A program made the position numbers and the translations under genes. This document shows positions 40,555-53,713 of a stretch of 64,000 nucleotides of DNA, in pieces. Origin of the DNA: Eledone cirrhosa (Eukaryota); NCBI GenBank assembly GCA_964016885.1, contig OZ024749.1, forward strand, positions 35,340,001 through 35,404,000, read 5' to 3'. The number at the start of each line of letters is the position of its first letter. The stretch's first letter is position 1. Under the pieces are notes generated by a model, which did no database searches, was not told the origin of the DNA, and saw only the letters and a program-made list of their open reading frames with translations.

Positions 40555-41100
40555 AGGAGCACGGGACTGCGCACGGTTTATAATTTTTTATCCCATTAGT
40601 AAAATAAGTTGGATTACTTTGAATAAATAATGAATGAATATTACATAATTTATCTACTAAATTTCGTGGCTGTTGATTAAATATATTTTGTTTATTTAAA
40701 GATTCACTTCTTTAAAATTTCTGAAATGTCAACACTTCCGGTTGGCCATCGCTTAAATAAACATACTAATTTTCTCCTAATGCAGTTTTTATATAATATT
40801 GTCTTTTTTAATGTAACATGGATTACTTTACTGATTACATAAGAAAGTGTAACGTAGTCTTCGCTCAATTTCTATGTATTATATATTGTCAATTACGATT
40901 TTATTTGATGTATCATACCTGCGTATAATATCAATATACACACTACACATGCTAGCTGAAAACCACCCGAAGGGTGTATTTTCTGCTAGTTGTTATAATG
41001 CTTTGCTAACAAGGTCTTGTATGAAAAATTTTGTTGATAACCGGGCTCTCTGGAATTTGCTGCTGAAACAGCAGGATCTCAGCTATTCTAATACTTTTAC
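40555..41100. promoter_or_regulatory. Possible promoter or first-exon region
   Basis: Non-repetitive, locally CpG-enriched by eye, ETS-type ACTTCCGGT at ~40734, minus-strand donor CAG|GTATGA at 40919/40918. Confidence 0.25.
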
Positions 41101-41711
41101 AGTCTACTATCCCAACTATTGAGTCCTCTGCTGAATAATGGTCTTACTAGTCTAAAAACTGGTAATCCTGATCTATCTCTATATATATGTATGTGTGTGT
41201 GTGTAGCTACTACTAGAGTCATCACTCGCAATCAAGTATAGCTTGGTAGCATGTATCATACATCTAATAAACTATATTTTGTTCTAACAATATACGATTA
41301 ACATTTTTATACACTATAAACTACTATAGAACAATGGATATAAAACAGTGTGTGGTTGGATGTGAGTGTGTGTGTGCCTGTGTGTGAGTCTGTGTCATAT
41401 GTGTGGCTGTTTCTGTATGCCATTATATGTGCATGGCTGTCTGGCTGTCAGTGTGTATGTATGAGAGAGAGAGAGAGAGAAGAGATTTAAAGGTTTTAAA
41501 ATGTGACAATGTAATCAGCATGGTTGACTAAGTAATATTTTATTATATTCAAACTTCCATATTACTGGCACTCTAATATTGTGACAGTCCAATATCACCA
41601 CCAGGGAACCTCTTTTATCTTAATTACTTCCTCCATATTACTACAATAAAACCACTGGAATATTGTAATAGAGTTGACCACCAAACTACCATATATGTAC
41701 ATGTATGTGCT

Positions 41712-42070
41712 AATGTCCTGCAACTTAGCGGGTCAACAAAAAGAGATCGATAAAATAAGTACAAGACATGAAAAAATTAGATACTGATGATGATATGATT
41801 GACTTTAACCCTTTAGCATTTATATATATATATATACTACTGTATTTTTGTGGTAAAGGCTTTATCTCACATAATATCGAATCTATGAGATTTTGATGTC
41901 ATTTATTTTGAGAACAATACCTTAACATCAGTATGAGCAGTCAGTTACAGCTGGTTTGAACAGAAAGAGGTGAGAGAATTCTGACTGGATATGGCTGGTG
42001 TAAATGGTAAAGGGTTAAGATGGTACCTCATTGGGACAACACTCTAACAACTGAAACCAGTATAAGAAAG
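41712..42070. mobile_element. SINE family 3 remnant split by a MITE family B copy (41805-42018)
   Basis: AACTTAG..GATAAAATAAGTA..GACT[TTAA..MITE..TTAA]..ACTGAAACCAG; uninterrupted relative at 59880-60050. Confidence 0.75.
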
Positions 42071-42344
42071 ACAGAATTATAATATTCCAGCATCACCTCA
42101 AATAGAGAACCTGTGTTATCTTTACTATCAAGCTTTCATACTGTCTGGCAAGTGACTTGATTTGATACTATCGCTGGAAACTAAAGCAATTATATCGTGG
42201 AAGAGTCATTATAGTCATTCATGTCACAAACAATATAACAAAAAATTTGACACCAAGAAATAAATTATAAGTGTAAAGTGATGTTAAGAGTTTTTGTATT
42301 TTTTTTAATGTCTAAAATGACTCTTCCATGATGTAATTGTTTCT

Positions 42345-42800
42345 ATATTACTACCACCCACCAATAAAAACAGTGTAATGCTGTAACAATCCACCAACAC
42401 CAGTGATCCTGTGCTGCTTGGACCACTGAATCTCTTATTACCACACACCAATAAAACCACTGTTATATTGTAATAGTTCACCACCAACACCACCCACACC
42501 AGTGGCTCTGTGATGTCTTGACCACTAAATCTCGATATTAGTATCACAGACCAATAAAACCACTGTAATACTGTAATAATCCACCACTAACACCACCCAC
42601 ACCAGACACCCTGTGCTATCTTGACCACTAAATCTATATTACTACCATAGACCAATAAAACCACTGTAATACTACAATAGTCCACCAACACCACCCACAC
42701 CAGACACCCTGTGTATCTTGACCACTAAATCTCTATATTACTATCACAGACCAATAAAACCACTGTAATACTACAATAGTCCACCAATACCACCAGGGAA
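42345..42800. repeat. ~90-100-bp degenerate tandem repeat (5 copies)
   Basis: ACCAATAAAACCACTGTAATACT..TCCACCAACACC recurs. Confidence 0.85.
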
Positions 42801-43478
42801 TCTTTGCTGATTTTATCACAGAACTTTGGTAAATCAAAAATAAAATGAGAATCTATGGCAAGATTTCTCCAATTTTCTGTTCTCTGGATACTTATTTAAT
42901 TTTGTTGTGTAGAATCATGTCGAGCTGACAATTTCTGGTGACTTGATTTATACACTAGCATGCCAATAAATTGTTACACTCACACACATATCATTGCCAT
43001 CATCATTATCACCATTTTACATCTACATTCCATGCTGATATGGGCTGGATAGGTTGTCACAGTTTGAAACTGGATGGTTTGAAGAACCTTATTTCATTCC
43101 TACAAAGCAATTAACTTTTTCATTGGCATATTTCTAATGAAATACACTACCTATGGTTTATAAATAATTTTTTAAATAATTAGGAATTTGAAGTGATTTA
43201 GGAAATTACAGGGTGTATCAAAGAGAATAATCTGATATGTGTGTAGATTATAGTTAGTAGAATTTGTGTAACTTGAAATCAAAGACAATGTCAACTTGCA
43301 GTCGTTTTTGACTCAACAGATGAATCACTTATCATCGTATTTCCGTGGTGATCAGCCATTGGTTCAATGAGTATTTATATAGAATATAATAAATCACATG
43401 AATACACCAATTTGTGAAATTAGCATTTGTATAGTCATATATACCCATAGATGTATATAATAATATCTATAATATATA

Positions 43479-46010
43479 TAATTGTTTCTACTTTTGGCAC
43501 AAGGCCAGCAATTACTCAGTGTATTACTGGTACTTTATTTTATTGACCTCATAAGGATGAAAGACAAAGTTAAAATTATTATATAGTCATGTAACACACA
43601 CATTATTTTAACCCTTTTGATACCAACCTGTCTGAAATCACCCCTGGTTCTATGATACAAAACACTTTGCTTTGAAGCATTTATCATCATCATATCATCA
43701 TTATTTAATGTCTGTTTTCCCTGATATTAATGTAAAAACATCTTCCATCATGATTGTCATGATGTTCCAAACACCAGCTTAAAAATGAAAACAAGCTAGC
43801 TATATTACTAAATCCCTTTCAAATCATTATTAATTTCAAAATTATTTGAAAGTAATAAGCAGTCTTTCCTGAGAAATCTGATGAGGAAAGGGTTAACCAC
43901 ACAGCCATGCTTATAAAAGCCACAATGCTGTTTCTACTTGCAAAATTCAGTGAAAAACAACATTTATAAAAGCCATCAGCTATTCATTTATTCATAGCAA
44001 ATATTGGTTTAGAATTTCAAAGAATATTTTCTACTCATAGATAAGTTCCATACCAATTCATACTATTCCTATATTATCCAAATTTACTTCTGAATATATT
44101 TTTCCATTTATTTTTTTTTATTATCTCAGCAGCTGATTACAGAAAATAATAATAATAAAAAAAATGGCAGCTATTTACTACAATTCTACCATTTTACGGA
44201 GAACAATATTGTCTTTTTCTATGTATTTTTTCAATTCTTTGTATTGTAAATGTCCTAATTATAGGAGATTGGTCGGAATCGGAATTTAAGTTCATATTTT
44301 AATCAAATACCTCGTTGTACTTCAGAAAATATTGAGAGAGATCAATATAGTTTAATTAATAGCTATTTTCTCCTGACTTCCCATGAAATACTGAAAGATG
44401 ATCAAACTTTCTAGAGACCCATTAACGCTCACTTAGAAATTTTTTAAAAGATGCCAAATGAGATATTTTTCAAATGAAACAAGTAAAGAATATTAAAACA
44501 TGGAGAGATGAATAATTCTTTAGAATTTAACTCTTTTGTTACCATATTTCTAATGCAAAACCCTGCCTGTGGTTTTCAAATAATTTTCAAAATAATCAAG
44601 TATTTAGAGGGATTTGATGCTTGGAACTTAACAAAAGTTCTTATGTAAAATTATGATGGAAGGGTTTTAGATAAATATAAACACTTTAATTATTTCATTA
44701 CTCTATTTCTTAAGAAAAGCACTGTCTATGATTTTCAAAGCATTTTGAAAATAATCAAGAATTTTGAAGGATTTAGTAATATAACTAACCTTCTCATTAT
44801 TAAGCTGGTTTGTGGAAAATAACAAAGATTCTAATATGAAATTAGAAGGTTTTTAGATAAATATATACACTTTAAAATAGATAGTTTTGTATCATAAAAC
44901 TAGGGAGAATTTCAGTGAGTTTGGTAACAAAAGGGTTAAAAATGTCAAATGATATATCTTTTTAAATAAAACAGAATAAAAGAATATTGGCCACTCCTTT
45001 GTGACTGTATTTCTAAAGAAATACATCTCATTTTAATTAATTAATGAACAATTTTGAGGGATATACTCAAATTATTTATCGTTTCATTGCTAAGATAGTA
45101 ACACAGCATTTGGTTCTTATATAAAATTATGTTGGAGGACTTTAATTTAAATAGAAACCCATTAACCATCTTGTTATCAACCTGACCAAAATAGTCTCTA
45201 GTTCTAGGAAACAAAACCATTTAAAGGGTTCCTATTTATATTAAAATCTTCCAACACAATTTCATATAAAAGCCATATGTTAAGTTATATTCTTAGTAAT
45301 GAAATAATTAATAATTTTGGTAAATTACTCAAAATTCTTCATTGTCTCTTTTGATACCAACTCACTCAAAACAGACTCTGGTTCAATGCAACAAAGTCCT
45401 TGAAATTAAATTAGAACCACTCATTTTAAAGGGTTCCTATTTAAATTGAAGTATTCCAACATAATTTTATATAAGAACTATATGTAAATTTACTACCTTA
45501 TTATAATGAAGTAATTAATAATTTTGGTAAATCTCTCAATACCAAGCTGCCTGAAATTGCCCCTGGTTCTATGATACAAAACTGTTTGTTCTGAAACGTT
45601 TATATCTATTTAACCCTTTAGCATTTAAGCCGGCCATATCCGGCCAGAATTCTTTCACCTCTTTCTATTCAAACCAGTCGTAACCAGCCATTCATACCGA
45701 CATTAAGATATTGTTCTCAAAATAAATACCAAAATCACATAGATTCGGTGCTATGTGAGATAATTATGTGAGATAAAACCTTTTCTCTGTAAGTACAATA
45801 GTAAATATAGAGTAATGTAAATGCTAAAGGGTTCAAATACTTTCTATCATAATTTTCTGTTAGCATTTTTGTTAAGTTATGTTCCAAACACTAGTTTAAT
45901 AATAGGAAAGTTATATTACTAAATCCCTTGAAATTCTTGATTATTTTCAAATCTATTTGGAAATCATAGGCTGAATATTTCATTAGAAATATGGTCACAA
46001 AAGGGTTAAC
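43479..46010. mobile_element. Cluster of SINE 2 fragment (43479-43575, -) and multiple nested MITE A/B copies (43608-43896, 44528-44939, 44990-46009; B at 45610-45835)
   Basis: Repeated TTAACCCTTT / AAAGGGTTAA termini with family interiors; 43900-44450 is unique sequence. Confidence 0.7.
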
Positions 46011-46352
46011 GAAGTTAAATAGGATATTTTTCAAGTAAAATGGAATACAAGAATATTAAACCATAGAGAGATTGATCATTCTTTAGAAGTGAAACCTTGA
46101 AATATTCCACACAGAATTTCTAAAGTTTTCTATTTTGTCAAAATGCACTCAGTTTATATCATTTGTTGAATGGATCCAATATTTTGGTTTCCATAGTCTA
46201 TGGAGACAGGTTGTCTAAATCAGAATCAGAATAAAACCTATGCATGTGTGTATATATGTGAGCATATGTATGATTTTAGATGTGTGTGAATGTGTGTACA
46301 TATATGTGTATGCATATTATGTGTGTGTGTCTGTATATGAGTATGTATGTCA

Positions 46353-46383
<31 letters not shown>

Positions 46384-46404
46384 ATGCGTGTCTTTGTTGG
46401 TGTG

Positions 46405-46438
<34 letters not shown>

Positions 46439-46469
46439 ACTCTGTGTTTTATGAATACATAAATGTGTG

Positions 46470-46510
<41 letters not shown>

Positions 46511-47039
46511 ATATGTACAGAAACCATTTAAGACACCAGACATATGATGATGATAATAGTAGTAATGACGATTATGATGGTGATAATATTGACAATGGTG
46601 ATGGTGGTGATGATAATGGTGATACACTAAAGAATATAGTCACAAGAGAAACAAATGCTGAGATGTAAGTAATAATAATAATAATAATAATAATATTAAT
46701 AATAATGATTTCCTTTGATAATAATAATACCCAAATAATTATCTAACATGTTAGTAGGTGGTTTCATATTGGAAATAGTTTTGAAAAGGTTCATAGAAAA
46801 TTAAGATCGCATTCTTGTGTAAAACCATTAGACTGGAATATAACATTGATTGGAATGCAACTGTACTATCCCCCCCCCCTTTACAACGTTCCCCCTATAA
46901 CTGAGGTAACTGTTGTCAATATATCTATCTGACTAAAACAAACTTTACTGTTGATATAGTCTCTATATACAACATTGCGAGTGTGTTGGTGTGTGTGTGT
47001 GTGTGTGTGGGGGGGTGTTGAACCTCCACCATTTCTGAC

Positions 47040-47338
47040 AATGTGCATTGCAGTTGTTCGATTAATGGAACAGCTTGCTTGCAAAATTATTGTGCACAGA
47101 CCGAGCATTCAAGAGACATGTCCAACTTTAAGATAGTTCTCAGGGAGATTCAGCATGCAAGGTTGTCCCTTTAAATTACAGGTATAAATTCATTTTTTTT
47201 CTATCTGAGTAGACTGGAGCAATGTGAAATAAAGTGTCTTGCTTAAGGACACAACAAGCTGCTTGGTCTGGGAATCAAACTCATAACCTTAGCATCAGGA
47301 ACTGAACACCCTAACCACTAAGCTACAAGCTTTCACAT
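47040..47338 (-). mobile_element. tRNA-SINE family 4 copy
   Basis: CTGGAGCAATGTGAAATAAAGTGTCTTGC..CCTAACCACTAAG. Confidence 0.75.
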
Positions 47339-47605
47339 ATACAGCATTAGTTTATTCTTGATGAACGTATAGACATCAATAGAAGTATGACAAATATAAA
47401 AATGCTACATACATGTATATATATAAATATAAATATATATATAAATATAAATATAAATATATATATAAATAAATATATATATATATAAATATATATATAG
47501 ATAAATATATAAATATATATATAATATATATATATAAATAATCATATAAATATATATATAATATATATATAAATAATCATCATCATCATCATAATATATA
47601 TATAA

Positions 47606-47642
<37 letters not shown>

Positions 47643-47643
47643 A

Positions 47644-47684
<41 letters not shown>

Positions 47685-47691
47685 TATATAA

Positions 47692-47785
<94 letters not shown>

Positions 47786-48227
47786 CTGCTGTTCATGTCA
47801 AAAGAGAAAGAAAAAGGCCTTTCCAATAGATTCTGAATATTGGAGTTTTGTGTTGAAAAGCAGTCTGTAAGCGCAGAAACAATGAAATTCACTAGAGAAT
47901 CAAGCGGGATTTTCCAGTGGTTGAGACTAAGACTCATATTACCACAGCAAGCATGGATCTAAAAAAACACTATGGCTATGATTAATAAATACAATATGAA
48001 CAGAACACTCCCATATGTTATTAGAAAAAAAAATGCTGCAACAACAAAAGAAATATATTCAGTTGTTGATAATAGTGATTGTAAAAGAAGAAAAAAATAA
48101 ACCAAATAATTAATTAGTTTGGCAAAGGAACAAAACAGACTTCGATGCAAAAGCACTTGGTATTTTTGAATAATTTACATCATATTGTAGCAGTGATCTA
48201 TAGTGTACCAATTTCAACTTATCACTC

Positions 48228-49460
48228 ATATATAATGTACTGTTGTATCTTTGTAATAAACTTTTACTAACTACACTGCTGTATATAATGTACTGTTGTA
48301 TCTTTGTAATAAACTTTTACGAACTATACTGCTGTATATAATGTAAAGTATTTTTGTAATAAACTATTACTAACTACACTGCTGTATATAATGTACTGTT
48401 GTATCTTTGTAATAAACTTTTACGAACTACACTGCTGTATATAATGTAAAGTATTTTTGTAATAAACTATTACTAACTACACTGCTGTATATAATGTACT
48501 GTTGTATCTTTGTAATAAACTATTACTAACTACACTGCTGTATATAATGTACTGTTGTATCTTTGTAATAAACTTTTACTAACTACTCTGCTGTATATAA
48601 TGTACTGTTGTATCTTTGTAATAAACTATTACTAACTACACTGCTGTATATAATGTACTGTTGTATCTTTGTAATAAACTATTACTAACTACACTGCTGT
48701 ATATAATGTACTGTTGTATCTTTGTAATAAACTTTTACTAACTACACTGCTGTATATAATGTACTGTTGTATCTTTGTAATAAACTTTTACGAACTACAC
48801 TGCTGTATATAATGTAAAGTATTTTTGTAATAAACTATTACTAACTACACTGCTGTATATAATGTACTGTTGTATCTTTGTAATAAACTTTTACTAACTA
48901 CTCTGCTGTATATAATGTACTGTTGTATCTTTGTAATAAACTATTACTAACTACACTGCTGTATATAATGTACTGTTGTATCTTTGTAATAAACTTTTAC
49001 GAACTACACTGCTGTATATAATGTACTGTTGTATCTTTGTAATAAACTATTACTAACTACACTGCTGTATATAATGTACTGTTGTATCTTTGTAATAAAC
49101 TATTACTAACTACACTGCTGTATATAATGTACTGTTGTATCTTTGTAATAAACTTTTACTAACTACTCTGTTGTATATAATGTACTGTTGTATCTTTGTA
49201 ATAAACTATTACTAACTATACTGCTATATATAATGTACTGTTGTATCTTTGTAATAAACTTTTACTAACTACACTGCTGTATACCAACATATATAATTGT
49301 TTCTACTTTAGGCACAAGGCCAGCAATTACCCAGTGCATTACTGGTACTTTATTTTATCGACCCCGTAAGGATGAAAGGCAAAGTCCACCTCGGTGGGAT
49401 TTGTATATAATGTACAGTTATAGGTTTCTAATAAACTTTTACTAACTACACTGCTCTGTT
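48228..49460. repeat. 53-bp satellite (~20 copies) with a SINE 2 fragment (49295-49403, -) inserted near its end
   Basis: Unit CTGCTGTATATAATGTACTGTTGTATCTTTGTAATAAACT(T/A)TTACTAACTACA; TATATAAT flanks the SINE. Confidence 0.95.
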
Positions 49461-49701
49461 ACCACATATGTGAAAGAGTGTGACTTAGTGGTTAGGGTGT
49501 TTAGTATACATGATCATAAAGGTTATAGGTTTAATTCCCAATGGTATGTAGTGTCCTTCAATAAAACAAGTTATTATTATAGTCATTTACCTGAGAACAA
49601 CTACGTTCCAAATTCATTTCTTTGTAGCAATATGAAGCAATAATCAGAAACTTTAAAGACATTGCCACTTGCCACCTTTCTCTTCAGAATGTATATATAT
49701 A

Positions 49702-50098
49702 CATCATCATCATCATCATCATCATTTTACGTCTGCTTTTCCCTGCTTGCAAGGGTGGGATGGGAACTGATTCTGGCTTGATTTCTACAGCTGGATGTTC
49801 TTCCTAACACCAACCTCATTTACAGTGAGTGCTGGGGGCTTTTTTTTTCCGTGGCGCCTCCATGTCCACTCTACAGTGTGGGCTGGGTGCTTTTTTGCCA
49901 TGGCACCTCCACGACCACTTTGCAGTGGAATGATAGGGACCGCAGTCCCTATCATCTCATTTCTACAGCTGAGTAAACTGGAGCAATGTGAAATAAAGTG
50001 TCTTGCTCAAGGAAACAACACATCACCTGGTCTGAGAATTGAACTCACAACCTTTCGATTTCAAGGCCAATGCTCTAACCACTAAGCCATGTGCCTCC
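49702..50098 (-). mobile_element. SINE family 1, longer variant (two internal units)
   Basis: Matches the family, with an extra GTGGCGCCTCCATGTCCACTCTACAGTGTGGGCTGGGTGC unit. Confidence 0.93.
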
Positions 50099-50125
50099 AT
50101 ATATATATATATTTTTATATATATA

Positions 50126-50176
<51 letters not shown>

Positions 50177-50179
<3 letters not shown>

Positions 50180-51895
50180 TGGGAAGAAGAGACCCTACCC
50201 CACGTAGACCCTATAGAGGGACCAGCAGTACAAGTCAGCGGCAGCGTAGTAAGTAAGGCAATCAGAGATATGAAGATAGGGAAGGCAACCGGTCCATCGG
50301 GTATAGCTGCCGAGATGCTGAAGGCATCTGGGTTTGTAGGTCACACTATAACCACACGTATCGTTAACCAGGTAATACTAGAGGGGGCCATACCAAAAGA
50401 TTGGTGCAGTAGCATCATTGTCAACTGCTACAAAGGTAAAGGCGATGCACTAGATAGAGGAAACTATAGAGGTATAAAGTTGATGGACCAGGTCATGAAA
50501 GTAACAGAAAGAGTTATAGCACAGCTGATTAGGGACCGGGTGAATATAGACGAGATGCAATTTGGGTTTGTACCAGGGAAAGGCACCACTGATGCGCTCT
50601 TCCTTGTGAGGCAATTACAGGAAAAGTACCTAGCTAAAAGTAAGCCACTCTACTTGGCATTTGTCGACCTTGAGAAAGCCTTTGACAGAGTTCCACGTGC
50701 AGTAATCTGGTGGGCTCTTAGAAAACTAGGAGTAGATGAATGGCTTGTGAAAGCGGTACAAGCCATGTATAGGGGAGCAGTCAGCAAAGTTAGGATTGGC
50801 AATGAGTATAGCGAGGAATTTAGCGTACAGGTTGGGGTCCACCAGGGCTCTGTTCTTAGCCCTCTCCTGTTCATCATAGTCCTGCAGGCAATAACGGAGG
50901 AGTTTAAGACCGGATGCCCACGGGAACTCCTGTATGCTGATGACCTCGCACTCATAGCTGAATCTATGGTAGAACTAGAGAATAAATTCCAAACCTGGAA
51001 GCAGGGACTAGAGAGAAAGGGCCTCAAAGTCAACATGACAAAGACTAAGGTCCTTATAAGTAGACGAGAAAACAGAACCCAGATCCCCTCAGGGAAATGG
51101 CCTTGCTCAGTATGTAGGAAAGGTGTAGGTAGGAACTCCATTCTTTGCCCCAAATGCAAACAATGGGTACACAAGAGATGTAGCGGGATCTCAGGAAGCT
51201 TAATTAAGAATGTAGGATTCACATGCAGCAGCTGTGCTGAAACAGCAAGCAAACAGCCACAGGAAACAAGTGCCACCAATCTCTGGGAGGGCCCTGTAGA
51301 AACAGTAGACAGCTTCTGCTACCTAGGTGACCGAATTAGCAACGGAGGTGGGTGCTCAGAAAGTACAATAACTAGGGTAAGAACGGGATGGAAGAAGTTT
51401 AGGGAACTACTACCACTGCTAGCTGCAAAAGGCTTCTCCCTCAGAATGAAAGGCAGACTGTATGATGCGTGTATCCGAACAGCGATGTTGCATGGTAGTG
51501 AGACCTGGGCGCTGAAGGTGGAAGACTTACGTAGATTAGAGAGAAACGAAGCCTGCATGCTCCGATGGATGTGTAACAGTAATATACGTGAACGACAAAG
51601 CATAAATGAATTGAGAGAGAGACTGAGCATAAGAGGAATCAAATGCTGCGTGCAGGAGAGGCGGTTACGCTGGTATGGACATGTGATGCGTATGAAGGAT
51701 GACAGCTGCATAAAAAGGTGCAGAGCACTAGAAGTTGATGGAAACCGCGGAGTGGGGAGACCCAAGATGACTTGGGATGAGGTGATAAAAGCCGACCTTA
51801 CCCAACTACACCTCTCAAAGTCAATGACACACGACCGTGACTTCTGGCGTCACGCAGTAATACAGGGTACCCGACCTCCCATGGGTACATGCTGA
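50177..51895 (+). CDS. RTE-clade LINE ORF, 5'-truncated: reverse transcriptase + PHD-like zinc finger + C-terminal domain (no endonuclease, no start)
   Basis: KGKGD..NYRGI, QFGF, FVDLEKAFD, GVHQGSVLSP, LYADD (50933), CYLG, RRLRWYGHV, GRPK.TW; 572 codons without a stop. The first 46 aa of the called ORF are SINE/(TA)n. Confidence 0.95.
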
Positions 51896-51929
51896 AGCAT
51901 ATAAACAATATGCCCCCCCCCCCACCGCA

Positions 51930-52190
51930 AGGTGGTCGTGGAGGTGCCACGGCAAAAAAGCACCCAGCCCACACTGTAAAGTGGACGTGTAGGCGCCACG
52001 AAAAAGCACCCAGCACTCACTGTAAATGAGGTTGGTGTTAGGAAGGGCATCCAGCTGTAGAAATCAAGCCAGATCAGTTCCTGTATGAGCAAGGCATGGT
52101 CAGCCGACCAGACACTGCCCACAACAGGACAACCCGTCTAACCCATGCTAGCGTGGAAGAACGGACGTAAAACGGTGATGATGATGATGA

Positions 52191-52193
<3 letters not shown>
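51930..52193 (+). mobile_element. Headless SINE family 1 relative with a different RTE-type tail
   Basis: Body matches family 1; tail CCGTCTAACCCATGCTAGCGTGGAAGAACGGACGTAAAAC(G/A)TGATG. Confidence 0.85.
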
Positions 52194-52223
<30 letters not shown>

Positions 52224-52228
<5 letters not shown>

Positions 52229-52323
52229 TGTCCCACGGAAATATATACACACTTCAACAGGACTCTAATAAATATTGGTTGTACAGGTAATCAAAGTATG
52301 TATACATTTTTGAGGTCACCCTC
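52224..52323. mobile_element. Tc1/mariner-type mini-MITE
   Basis: Degenerate TIRs AGTGTGTCCCAC.GAAATATATACA / TGTATACATTTTTGAGGTCACCCT in a TA context. Confidence 0.5.
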
Positions 52324-52374
52324 TCTCAGAGTGTGTGTGTTCTAGACTAGGTAATTGTTTTTTGTTTTCTTCAG

Positions 52375-52576
52375 ATAAGCCAAACGTTTTCGAAAGATTT
52401 TACAATAGTCAGATAATACAATGTGTTGCCTTGGTAACAAAAGAAAAGATAAGAAAAGATTTTGTCTAATTTTTTTTACTGTTCTAAAGCTTAAGCTTTA
52501 TGATGCTACCTGGATACACCTTTGTAGAAGAGCACTTAAGGTAGCAACTACTTAAAAATAAGTCTTATGGCTCATG
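52375..52576 (+). other. Candidate 202-nt exon (likely UTR or non-coding)
   Basis: ttgttttttgttttcttcag| acceptor and ATG|GTAAGT donor. Confidence 0.35.
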
Positions 52577-52702
52577 GTAAGTAACAGTCATGCACAAGCA
52601 GCATACTCACATATACACACACATATATACATACACCTATGTAAATAGCCTAAACATAAATGCATTTATATGGAATTAAATCTTTTCCAACTGGAATATA
52701 AC

Positions 52703-52787
<85 letters not shown>

Positions 52788-52795
52788 TGAGAGAG

Positions 52796-52855
<60 letters not shown>

Positions 52856-52912
52856 AGTGTACCTAAGCACTGTACACAATAATTTCATTATTATTTATTA
52901 TATATATATTTC

Positions 52913-52945
<33 letters not shown>

Positions 52946-52952
52946 GTACATA

Positions 52953-53276
52953 TATATATACACATGTAGATATATATATATATATACATGTACATATGTA
53001 TATACATACATGTACATATATATATACATACATGTAGATATATATATATATATACATGTACATATGTATATACATACATGTACATATATATACATACATG
53101 TACATATATATACATGTACATATATATATATATATATACAAGTACATATATATATATATACACATGTACATATATATATACATACATATATATATATATA
53201 TATATACACATGTATATATATATATATATACAAGTACACATATATATATATATACACATGTACATATATATACATG

Positions 53277-53334
<58 letters not shown>

Positions 53335-53582
53335 TATATATATATATGTATGTATATATATATGTACATGTGCATATATATATATATGTACTTGTATATA
53401 TATATATATATATATATGTACATGTATATATATGTACATGTATGTATATATATGTACATGTATGTATATATATGTACATGTATGTATATATATGTACATG
53501 TATGTATATATATATGTACATGTATGTATATACATATGTACATGTATATATATATATATATATATCTACATGTGTATATATA
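52953..53582. repeat. ~630-bp AT-rich imperfect palindrome
   Basis: CACATGTAGA..TACATGTACATATGTATATACATACATG mirrored by CATGTATGTATATACATATGTACATGTA..TCTACATGTG; CAAGTACA mirrored by TGTACTTG. Confidence 0.75.
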
Positions 53583-53713
53583 TTTATCATGTAAAACTAA
53601 AATTCTAATATTACAACTGGGTTTTTGTTGATTTTGTATTCCCAATATGGAGAATAATCCAGACTTAGGAAAATAGGTATTGGACAAAATTTAGGGATAA
53701 TCCAAGAATGGTT

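Noticed and set aside
47790-47960. Possible minus-strand exon (also 49590-49675, 44130-44392, 43290-43370, 27367-27411 and 63915-63990)
   Set aside because: Only single plausible splice sites and short frames with no recognisable protein motif; cannot be supported without RNA data
50650-51765. Minus-strand ORFs of 209 and 148 aa
   Set aside because: Antisense shadows of the RTE ORF
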